The position numbers were made by a program, and so were the translations under genes. A stretch of DNA of 42,748 nt. Source: Octopus bimaculoides (Eukaryota). Of this stretch, positions 1 to 10,576 are shown one piece after another (position 1 is the stretch's first letter; every line of letters starts with the position of its first letter). The stretch is from assembly GCF_001194135.2 (NCBI RefSeq), contig NC_068982.1:85329488-85372235 (forward strand), in the 5' to 3' direction. Under the pieces are notes generated by a model that was not told the DNA's origin, ran no database searches, and saw nothing but the letters and a program-made list of their open reading frames with translations.

Positions 1-314
1 ATATATATATATATATATATATATATAAGTAAATATATTTATTTATCTCTATATACATATACAAATTCTTTAAATTTTGAAAATTGTTTCAGTTTTAAAG
101 CTGCGGTCATGCTGGGGCACCACCATTAAAAAGAATGAGAAGTAAATTTCAAATGCAGTAAAACCGTAGAAACAGCAGAAAGATTGGGTATTTTACCTTT
201 ATGAGGTGGAAAAAGTTGCCAACAGACAGCTACTGGACATGAACCCTTACCTCTCAGAATCTGACACACATGTATATATACGTGCACAGGTGCACGCACA
301 CCCACACACATACG

Positions 315-2427
315 AAGCAATTAAGGATATGAAGACAGGGGACAGCCCCTAACCCATCAGGAATTACCACCAAGATATTTAAAATATCTGGTGGAGTGGG
401 ATATGGACTAGTCACCCATATAATTAATCAGGTTGTCCAGGTGGGGGTTATACCAAATAACTGGTTTAGCAGGATTATAGTCAACTGCTACAAAGATAAG
501 TGTGATGCCTTAGTCAGAAGTTATTAGTCAGAGGTATCAAATTACTAAACCAGGTCATGAAAGTTATAGGAAGGGTCATAGTTCAACTAATTAGAGAGTT
601 AAAGCACTGCTAATGCTGTCTTCATAGTAAAGCATCTGCAGGAGAAGCATTCAATGAATGAACTACTGTACTTGGCTTTTGTTGACATGGAGAAAGCTTT
701 TGACAGGTGGTCAATGCAGAACCTAGGGATAGATGAGTAGTTAGTGAGAGCTGTCCAAGTCATGTACAGGAATGTTGTCAGTAAGGTTAACACTGACAAT
801 GAGTATAGCAATGAATTTACTGTGTAAGTAGGAGTTCATCAAGGATTAGTTCTGAGCCCTCTCTTGTCCTCCAAGACAAAAGAGAAGATTTCAAGACTGA
901 TTGCCCTAGGGAGCTCCTCAATATTAATAACTTTGCTGAACATATACTAGAATTAGAAAAGAAATTTCAGGTGTGTAAGCAAGGCCCAGAATCAAATGGC
1001 CTTAGAATTAATTTAGTAAAAACCAAAGTACTAGTAAGCAGGAAAGCAGACAAATTACTAATCTCTTCAGGGAATTGGCCCAGCTTGACAGGTAAAAAAG
1101 GTATAGGTATGAAATTCCATACAGTGTACCCAGTGCAGGCTATGGACACATAAGTAGTGCAGTGGAATGACAGGAAGGTTAACAGAGAAAATAGTCAATG
1201 TGTGTAGCAGATTTGCAGATATAATAAATGCTAAGAATGCACAGAAAATAGACTTTCTTCACATGCCCAGGAGGATCCTTAGAGGTAGCAGATAGTTTAT
1301 TACTTAGGTGATCAAATAAGCAGTGGAGGAGGTGGTTCTGAAAGCATAGTTGCTAGAATAAGAATTTCAGAGAGCTATTACATTTGATGGTAACAAAAGG
1401 CTTCTTCCTCAGAGTGAAAGGCAGATTGTATGATGATTGTGTACGGATAGCTATGCTATATGGGAGTGAAACATAGGCTGTGACTGCAGAGGATGTGAAG
1501 GCTTGAAAGAAATGAGGATGTGCAATGTCAGTGTTTTAAGAGAAAAATTTGTTATAAAAGAAGTCATATTAGCGTTGTAGAGAGAAGACTGTGGTGGTAT
1601 GGTCATGTGATGTGAATGGATGAAGACAGTTGCATAAAAAAGTGCCAATCTCTATAAATGTTGAGAGAACCTGTAGAAAAGGAAAATCCAGGAAGATGTG
1701 GGACAAAGTGGTGAGAAAGAATCATCAGATATTGAGCTTCAGGGAGGAGATAACAAAGGTTATTTGCTGTGATTGAGAAGACCCATGCAGCTAAGTAAAA
1801 TCAAGGCCATAAATGCATGTCATTTATTACATGCCCCCTACCTCTGCACACAATCAGCCCTTTGACAAATCTCCCCTAACCCATCTTTTTAACACCCCTT
1901 CCCACCTATGCTAACCATCTGTGGCAGATCCCACCACTTTTTTCCATGTACCTGCACACAATTTGTGCCTGTTGAATCGCTTTCTCACAACACATCCTCC
2001 TGATACAACCCTCTCTACTTGTACCACTTATTACATTACCCCACTTACTATCTATAATCTTTTGTCCATCCACCCCACACTCCCTACCCATCACATCTTC
2101 AATATCTTCTTACTTATCGCTCTCCACTTTCTCCCCACTTCAGGTAGCCATGTTTCCACTTTAATGTAAGACTCCTTTTTCTACTCCACTTGGTTGAGGA
2201 GTTTTATCTTGCAAGTTACTTGGTGACCTCACTGCTGCTGGTTCGATATAAAAAGCACTCAGTACATTCTGTAAAGAGACTGATGTCATGAAGGTCATCC
2301 AGCTGTAGAAACCAAGCCAAAGCAGACAGCAGGGCTTGGTTCAGTCTTCTGATTTGCCAGATTCTGTTGAACCATTGAATGCATGCCAGCATGGAAAACA
2401 GACATTAAATGATAATGATGATGATGA
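315..2427 (+). mobile_element. Degraded, 5'-truncated RTE-clade LINE
   Basis: Disrupted RT similar to the 20.4-20.9 kb copy (LAFVDMEKAFD); pyrimidine-rich 3' region; ends CATGCCAGCATGGAAAACAGACATTAAAT(GAT)n. Confidence 0.8.
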
Positions 2428-3081
2428 CATACACGTATACACACATCTATATATTCTTTTATTCTTCTACTTGTTTCAGTCATCAGACAGCAGCCATACT
2501 GGGGTAGTGTGTATATGTAAGTATTCATATGTTGTATATACATATACATGTGCTGTATCTTAGTTTATCTTACTGAAGAGGCAAAGTATATTTTTTATAC
2601 AGAGCCAGAAACCCAGGGTCTGGGATTAGCCAGTATTTTGCTAGTTAATTTGTCTATTTCTCTATTTGTGCTGTATGAATACTTGATATAGTTTTTGGAG
2701 TCAGGCTTTGGCTGCCATCTCTACCATGGTGGTATTATGGATACCCTCAATTATAATTTATATATATATATATATATATATNNNNNNNNNNNNNNNNNNN
2801 NNNNNNNNNNNNNNNNNNNNNNNNNNNNNNNNNNNNNNNNNNNNNNNNNNNNNNNNNNNNNNNNNNNNNNNNNNNNNNNNNNNNNNNNNNNNNNNNNNNN
2901 NNNNNNNNNNNNNNNNNNNNNNNNNNNNNNNNNNNNNNNNNNNNNNNNNNNNNNNNNNNNNNNNNNNNNNNNNNNNNNNNNNNNNNNNNNNNNNNNNNNN
3001 NNNNNNNNNNNNNNNNNNNNNNNNNNNNNNNNNNNNNNNNNNNNNNNNNNNNNNNNNNNNNNNNNNNNNNNNNNNNNNNNN

Positions 3082-3331
3082 ATATATACATATATATATA
3101 TATGTATGGTTGTGTATATATTTGTGTGTCTGTGTTTGTCTCCCCAACATCGCTTGACAACTGATGTTGGTGTGTTTACGTCCCCATAACCTAGCTGTTC
3201 AGCAAAAGAGACAGATAGAATAAGTACTAGGCTTATAAAGAATAAGTCCCGGGGTCGATTTGCTCTACTAAAGGTGGTGCTCCAGTACGGCTGCAGTCAA
3301 ATGACTGAAACAACTAAAAGAATAAAAGAAT
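3082..3331 (+). mobile_element. tRNA-derived SINE, 3' body with CR1-like tail
   Basis: Same body as copies at 17.0, 22.9 and 37.6 kb; ends CAAATGACTGAAAC...AAAAGAATAAAAGAATA; head presumably lost in the N gap. Confidence 0.8.
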
Positions 3332-3334
3332 ATT

Positions 3335-3708
3335 GGCACAGGCATGGCTGTGTGGTAAAAAGTTTGCTTACCCACCATATGATTTGGGGTTCAGCTTCAC
3401 TATGTGGCACCTTGAACAAGTATAGCCCTGAGCCAATCTAATCTTTATATTTAAGGGTGAGTGTATATGTATGCTTGTTTCCTTATCTTGACATCACAAG
3501 ATTGTTGTAAATGAGTGTCACCTTCCTATAAGAGGTAACCCTGGTCTCTATTTGCCCATGAAAAGTGTCTGGCCACGGAGAAATATTACATTGTGTGAAA
3601 ACGAAGATTGGTCACCAGTAGTATATCCTTGTGTAGAAAATTACTTCAACAAATTTCATCTGCCTCATGCAAGCATGGAACAGTGGTCATTAAAACAAGG
3701 ATGATAAT
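3335..3708 (+). mobile_element. tRNA-headed SINE with RTE-type tail
   Basis: Head GGCACAGGCATGGCTGTGTGGTAA...GGGGTTCAG; tail AGCATGGAACAGTGGTCATTAAAACAAGGATGAT. Confidence 0.65.
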
Positions 3709-4338
3709 ATATATGTATATATGAATGAAGTGTGATCTAAATGACCATGGCAAAACAGTTGGTTAGCCTCTAGCATATGTAGGCTTGTATAGAAAGCATG
3801 TTTTTTGAAGACTTATTTACTGTTCACTTGCTATGCATATTCTATGAACTGTTAATGCAGTTTTGGCTACTTTTTCTGATGAGTTGTAGTGCATCTTAGC
3901 ACTGTATTCAATAAGATTATTATTATTATATAATCAATCAATAAAATATATTTTGTCCTATATCAAAATTATAATGTAATCTTGATAAGATGACAGATAC
4001 TCTACAACTCCAGTACAATTGCAGCTTAAGCTGGTCAGTATGCAATAATTGAATAAACGAATCAAAGCAATGGAAAACAATGCATTATTATGTAACATTA
4101 AAACTATTATATAATTTTATCTAACAAATCATCTTTAGGTGCAACTTACTTGTGTTGCAAAATTGTTTTCACAACAGAAGCAAGGTGCACTCAAAAAATG
4201 TGGTGTATGGTAAAATTATGTAATAATTTTTCATATTACACAATATAGATTCCATACATTTTAAAAACATATCTAGTGCATAGCTGCTTCTTCCATTCTT
4301 TTAATTCCATTATATACATATTTACATGTGTCTGTCTG

Positions 4339-4382
<44 letters not shown>

Positions 4383-4383
<1 letters not shown>

Positions 4384-4724
4384 TATTACTTGTTTCAGTC
4401 ATTTGACTGTAGCACCACCCTGAAGGGTTTTAGTCGAAGAAATTGATGCCAAGACTTATTCTTTGTAAGCTTAGTACTTATTCTATTGGGTTCTTTTGCC
4501 GAACCACTAAGTTATGGGGGACATAAGCACACCAGCATCAGTTGTCAAGCAATGGCATGGGGTAAACACACACATATATATACGTCTACCAAATCCACTT
4601 GCAAGGCCTTGGTCAACCCAAGCTAGAGTAGAAGATACTTGCCCAAGGTGGCATACAGTGGGACTGAACCTGGAACCATGTGATTGAGAAGCAAGCTTCT
4701 AACCATTCAGGCATGCCTGTGCCT
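4383..4724 (-). mobile_element. tRNA-derived SINE, near full length
   Basis: Reverse complement gives a tRNA-like head (GGTTCCAGGTTCAGTCCCAC), GGCACCTTGGGCAAGT box, internal (TA/TG)n and a TGACTGAAAC tail. Confidence 0.8.
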
Positions 4725-5430
4725 ATACATACATATATATATTAGCAATAATTATAATAATATAGAATATGGAGAGTTGTTCACCCTCAAAATTTATTTC
4801 CTCTTATTTCACAATTTTATACAGTATACTTTTATGGTCATTACAACCTACATGTGTTTCCACTGCACAAATTATGAGCAGTTGCATATGCAACCTGGCA
4901 CTATTTTTGGTGCAGCTTCTTCGTGCCCAATGTCTGACTCATCTTTTCCACTTGCCATAACCTAGCAGAAATGATAGCTGCATACAATTTGAGAACACTA
5001 TCCCACTTCCAAAGGACCAGTGAAATAGTAGACTAGACAAGAAAAATGAACCTATCAAAGGAAATATTGATAATACTAATCTGGATGAAAGGTTACAAAC
5101 AGTTAATAACAGAAGGGACCAGAATACTAACATCAAAATAACACACACTACAGTGAGGGAGGGTAGAAATCTAAGAATCAGCAGTAAAAGGGAAAATACA
5201 AATTGATACCCCCACAAGACAGAGAGTGAACTGCCACAAATAATAGCACACAAACACCTATGCATAGAAAGCTGGGAAAAAATATTAGACTGATAGAAAT
5301 GAGGACAGCAGAGACATCTAGCAGGAGTCATAACACAATAAATAATAGAAACAAGGAATTAAGTCTCTGTAACTGTGCCTGGGATGCCATATGCATGTTA
5401 GGCTCAAGATGTTTGATGAAGAACCTGGTT

Positions 5431-6032
5431 TCATCATCATCATCATCGTCATTTAACGTCTGCTTTCCATGCTAGCATGGATTGGACGATTTGACTGAGG
5501 ACTAGTGAAACCAGATGGCTACACCAGGCTCCAATCTGATTTGGCAGAGTTTCTACGGCTGGATGCCCTTCCTAACGCCAACCACTCAGAGAGTGTAGTG
5601 GGTGCTTTTACGTGTCACCTGTACGAAGGCCAGTCAGGCGGTACTGGCAACGGCCACACTCAAGATGGTGTATTTTATGTGCCACCTGCACAAGAGCCAG
5701 TCCAGGGGCACTGGCAACGATCTCGCTCAAAAATCCTACGAAGGCCAGTCAGGCGGTACTGGCAATGGCCACACTCAAAATGGTGTATTANNNNNNNNNN
5801 TTATGTGCCACCTGCACAAGAGCCAGTCCAGGGGCACTGGCAACGATCTCGCTCAAAAATCCTACGAAGGCCAGTCAGGCGGTACTGGCAACGGCCACGC
5901 TCAAAATGGTGTATTTTATGTGCCACCTGCACAAGAGCCAGTCCAGGGGCACTGGCAACGATCTCGCTCAAAAATCCTACGAAGGCCAGTCAGGCGGTAC
6001 TGGCAATGGCCACACTCAAAATGGTGTATTAT
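5431..6032 (-). mobile_element. RTE 3'-UTR/tail fragment with 115-bp tandem array
   Basis: (TCA)n tail plus TTTAACGTCTGCTTTCCATGCTAGCATGG shared with the RTE at 18.8 kb; about four repeat units starting at 5624, 5739, 5865 and 5980. Confidence 0.85.
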
Positions 6033-6085
6033 GCAAAATCATTTCCGAGAGAAGGACATACTCCTATACAGGGGCCAGCTCACAC

Positions 6086-6121
6086 AAAGAGAGAGAGAGA
6101 GAGAGCGAAAGGGATAGATAA

Positions 6122-6185
<64 letters not shown>

Positions 6186-6195
6186 ATAGATAGAT
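6086..6195. repeat. (GA)n plus (GATA)n microsatellite
   Basis: Read directly from the sequence. Confidence 0.95.
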
Positions 6196-6833
6196 GTAAA
6201 TATATATACAATGGAATTAAAAGAATGGAAGAAGCAGTTCATTTAGGGATAGAAATAAGATGAAAAGTATGAGCCTAAGCAAATGAATCTGGTCGATTAA
6301 AGACAAGAACCATAGCTATACTACAGAGTGGGAAATAATCAGTACAGTTAAATCATATCAGGCAGAGGGAAGTAGATGTGATCAATGTATAGAAAAATTA
6401 TACCAAATATTTACAACAAGAAACAAATTACTTATTACCAGACTTGAGCAGGCCTTAAAATGTTTACATAAACACAACAAAGCATTTAAAGAAAGGTCTA
6501 AATAACTCAATGCCTCACCCACAGTTGAGTGTGAAAGAGAGGATAGAAGGACATATCTTAAACTCAAAAAATTCATGGCCCTCCTTAACAAACCTAGCAT
6601 ATATTCTATCCAATGTATACTGCAAAATATTTTGATGAAGGTACAATTATGACAGTTGTTATGAGAATGAAGATTATGAATGTGCTGATAGCAAGGTTGT
6701 TAATGATGCAGGTGTTTATAATGAATGTAATAGTTATGAGAATGGAGTTGGTGGTCATAATTATACTGGGGATTAAAAGTAGTAATAATGATGTAAATGA
6801 TAGCAATAGTTATGATAAATATATGGTAATCAG

Positions 6834-7217
6834 TTATTGTTGGCACTCCGTCGCTTACGACGTCGAGGGTTCTAGTTGATCCAATCAACGGAACAGCCTG
6901 CTCGTGAAATTAACGTGCCAGTAGCTGAGCACTACACAGACACATGTACCCTTAATGTAGTTCTCGGGGATATTCAGCGTGACACAGTGTAAAAAGGCTG
7001 ACCCTTTGAATTACAGGCACAACAGAAACAGGAAGTAAGTGTGAGAGAAAGTTGTGGTGAAAGAGTACAGCAGGGTTTGCTACCATCCCTTGCCGGAGCC
7101 TCGTGAAGCTTTAGGTGTTTTCGCTCAATAAACACTCACAACGCCAGGTCTGGGAATCGAAACCACAATCCTATGACTGCGAGTCCACTGCCCTAACCAC
7201 TGGGCCATTGCGCTTCC
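6834..7217 (-). mobile_element. Full-length tRNA-derived SINE, second family
   Basis: Reverse complement starts GGAAGCGCAATGGCCCAGTGGTTAGGGCAGTGGACT...GGTTTCGATTCCCAG (A and B boxes); ends GACGTCGTAAGCGACGGAGTGCCAACAATAA. Confidence 0.85.
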
Positions 7218-7483
7218 TATTATAATCACATAGATAATAATATTGATATTTATGTACAATTTATAAATGAGGAAGCAGCCTTACTGAAATAAGAACATGA
7301 CAGGAGTGTAAAAGAGAAAACAGTCAGCTGCTTAGAAGAAAAAGATTTAGAAAAAGACAATAAAAATCAATCATGCTAAGTATTAATGACAAGAATGGAT
7401 TTACATAGATTCCAAGGAATGGATTTAGCTAGATTCCAAGATATTTTGGATATACCATATATGTCATGCTGAAGATTTCTTAC

Positions 7484-7528
7484 CTTCATGGGCAGAATCT
7501 AATGACCTCACCCTACTTATACCCAAGA
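7484..7528 (-). CDS. Candidate 45-nt symmetric microexon (LGISRVRSLDSAHE), possibly of the ASK gene
   Basis: Very strong tract GTTTCTTTCTTCTTTTTCTTTCGTTTGTAG| and donor GAAG|GTAAGA. Open through its full length only in phase 1 to 1. No homology recognised. Confidence 0.4.
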
Positions 7529-8291
7529 CTACAAACGAAAGAAAAAGAAGAAAGAAACTTTAAGATTACTGCCGTTACTTTGCCTTATTGGTTGGGTTTG
7601 ATTTTGTTGTTTTGTTTTGGGAAGTTTTTTTTATTATTTATTCTAAATGCTTCAACCCAAATAAACAATGTTTTAACAGAAACTATCAAAATAACAGAAA
7701 CACAAAAGCAGGAAAACTATTTAATGTTACAAATAAAAGGAATGGCAAAGATGATGATAAAGAAGATGAAAATAAAATATTCCTTTTACCTGATGTACTG
7801 CGGTTATAGTCAACTTCCGAAGTTGATTTCTTTTTCTTAGATGTCCTAATGAAGAAATCAAGAAAGAAATTAATGAAGTGGAGATCTTATTACAACAAAT
7901 ACATACACAGGTACATATGTACATGCATTGTAAAGAGAAAGAATAATTGATGAATAGCAAAAATCATCTAATAACAAAAGATACAACTAAAATCAACTTT
8001 AAAAAGTGCTGATTCATAAAACATCAAAATGAGAGTAACTAAAGTATTATATACCTGAGAACAAATATTCCTTTTTTACACAGCTACATAGCATCAAATT
8101 TCAGAAATAGGAAAATGTGATTGTGATATGAATTTCAAGTCTTTATAGATGACATAAGCAATAAAAGAACTGAAATGGCTATAATGAGTTAATCAAATCT
8201 ATGGCAGATTCAATTCACTGGAAGGTTAATTCTACAAGACCATCTCAATGATAGATATGTACAAAAGGAATATCACCCCCACAGTCATCTA

Positions 8292-8640
8292 TCTATATAT
8301 AAAAATGAGAATGTGTGTGTGAACTACACAACCAATTTCATTCAAATTTTACACATGCCTTACTTACGATCCCGGTTGTGTTTTAGTCAAAAAAATTTTT
8401 TAACTTCTTGCATAGTTCGAGCCCACAGCAACATAATATCTCCTCCACTATATAAGTATTACGTGTCAAAAGTGAAACAAAAACACTCATGTCAAATACT
8501 TTCACTTTAAAAATGAAACTATTCCACTATTTTGGTATCAAAACTGAAATAATCACATTTCGATACTGTAATGACAGATACTTTCACTTTAATGGTTTCA
8601 TTTTCATACTGAATCTACTACAGTGAAACTATACTCTCAC
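8292..8640 (+). mobile_element. Non-autonomous Helitron-like element, 5' part
   Basis: Starts A|TCTATATATAAAAATGAGAATGTG; closely similar to 9703-10070. Confidence 0.55.
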
Positions 8641-9702
8641 ATATATACAGGCACACATACATATATACATACATACATGCATATANNNNNNNNNNACACA
8701 TTAGTCATTTGTTTTCTTATCCAAAACTATGTCAAAAGTACTTAATGGATCTTTATGAAATTTGGAAATTATATTCTATGCATAACGGCCATAATCCCCA
8801 TGAAAATTCATATATTTTTGATGTTGATGAAATTTTAACCATACATATTACACACAAATAAAGTAATATTTCTAAAATTTCTTTTTCTTAGAAGTTACAA
8901 AGACCCCTTCATGGGGACTTCACACCCACAATTTACTCATTTTGCCTAAGCAAAAACGAATACAGTTGTACTATTAGAAGCTATAGGGTCACTCAAACAT
9001 AACAGATGAGCATTATTTGTAATTCAACGGTACAACAGTGTAAGACTATCCTTTCAGATATACTTTCAGATATATTTCGTTGCAGACCTCCTTTGAGTCT
9101 TTTTATTATCACTGGGTCACACATAGTCCCCAGTTGGTAACATTGATTTCAAGGCCTTCCCAGATGAGTGACTGGTTGTTCGAAGACATTTATTGATTGT
9201 AAATTTTTTCTGCCCAGTTACCTATCGGTATAGTGGTCATTTGCAAACTCGAGAGGCAACACTTTCATTTCCCTTTACTCCAAACGTCACACGTTATTTC
9301 AATTGGATCATTTCAATTGCTATAGATCCGTAATGCATCTTACAGCTGTGCCTGTCACCCATATGGTGAGGAATCCTACATTGGAGAATAGTAACCACTG
9401 GGCTAGGATAGCTGACTGATTATCGTGATCAATCATCTTTTGGTTTCCTGTAGCTTTGCTCTCTTTTACAAACCCAGTGAACATACATATATTTCCTATT
9501 TCAAAGAAATTCAAACAATACATATTAGACCCAAGTTAAAAAGATTCCCAACAATTCAACTTCTCTGCTTGACATTAACACCCCCACCCCCAATAGGGGC
9601 CTTAACACCCACATTTTTCAGCTCCAAGACCTCCATTTTTCAGGAGCAAAATCCTTTTCACAGGGTCCATAACACTGGAATTTTGGAATGTGCTCGTAAA
9701 TA

Positions 9703-10575
9703 TCAAATATATAAAGATGAGAATGTGTGTCTGTGTGAATCCCTAAAACTCGAGAACTACACAACCAATTTCATTCCAAATTAACACATGCCTTACTTAG
9801 GGTCCATGTATTGTCTTTGGCCAAAAAACTTTTTAACTTCTTGCATAGTTTGAGCCCACAGCAATATCATATCTCCTCCACTATTTCAGTATTACGTGTC
9901 AAAAGTGAAATAATAATATCACTCTACTGTAATGTCAGATACTTTCACTTTAACACTTAAACTATTCCACTATTTCAGTATTACCTGTCAAAAGTGAAAC
10001 AATAACATGTCGCTACTGTAATTTCAAATACTTTCACTTTAATATTTTCAATTTCATACTGAAACTATTAAANNNNNNNNNNNNNNNNNNNNNNNNNNNN
10101 NNNNNNNNNNNNNNNNNNNNNNNNNNNNNNNNNNNNNNNNNNNNNNNNNNNNNNNNNNNNNNNNNNNNNNNNNNNNNNNNNNNNNNNNNNNNNNNNNNNN
10201 NNNNNNNNNNNNNNNNNNNNNNNNNNNNNNNNNNNNNNNNNNNNNNNNNNNNNNNNNNNNNNNNNNNNNNNNNNNNNNNNNNNNNNNNNNNNNNNNNNNN
10301 NNNNNNNNNNNNNNNNNNNNNNNNNNNNNNNNNNNNNNNNNNNNNNNNNNNNNNNNNNNNNNNNNNNNNNNNNNNNNNNNNNNNNNNNNNNNNNNNNNNN
10401 NNNNNNNNNNNNNNNNNNNNNNNNNNNNNNNNNNNNNNNNNNNNNNNNNNNNNNNNNNNNNNNNNNNNNNNNNNNNNNNNNNNNNNNNNNNNNNNNNNNN
10501 NNNNNNNNNNNNNNNACAGAAAAGTCTCATTCTTCAATTGCATGTAACACGGGCAACACCAGGTATCTCTGCTAG
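9703..10575 (+). mobile_element. Non-autonomous Helitron (gap inside)
   Basis: Termini A|TC ... CTAG|T, degenerate subterminal hairpin (CACGGGCAACACCAGG), internal ~95-bp tandem repeats. Confidence 0.65.
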
Positions 10576-10576
10576 T

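Larger units (their letters stand above)
4965..6505 (+). mobile_element. Degraded Penelope-like element (Neptune-type GIY-YIG region), interrupted
   Basis: LCNCAWDAICMLGSRCLMKNLV before 5431; SLSK*IWSIKDKN..EWEIIS...Y....RCDQCIEK...LLITRLE..KCLH at 6240-6505. Both match Neptune-type linker and endonuclease motifs. Confidence 0.7.

Noticed and set aside
2695-3189. Long ORFs spanning N runs (also 10034-10543, 11355-11729, 17238-17655, 22025-22946, 25867-26193)
   Set aside because: They are open only because of assembly gaps and (TA)n/(TG)n tracts.
3876-3915. CTGATGAG followed by a hairpin, hammerhead-like
   Set aside because: The second core segment reads AATA instead of GAAA and there is no stem III; at best a decayed relic.
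5505-6125. Three overlapping repetitive ORFs of 169-206 aa
   Set aside because: They are translations of the 115-bp non-coding tandem array; the period is not a multiple of 3.
6600-6830. Short hydrophobic or acidic ORFs on both strands
   Set aside because: Degenerate trinucleotide (NAT-rich) low-complexity sequence.
7140-7217. tRNA-like sequences (also at 3335, 4650-4724, 16967)
   Set aside because: They have A/B boxes but continue into SINE bodies and lack a complete cloverleaf; these are SINE heads, not tRNA genes.
9161-9187. CAGATGAG...CGAAG, hammerhead-like
   Set aside because: Two core mismatches and no convincing stem II.
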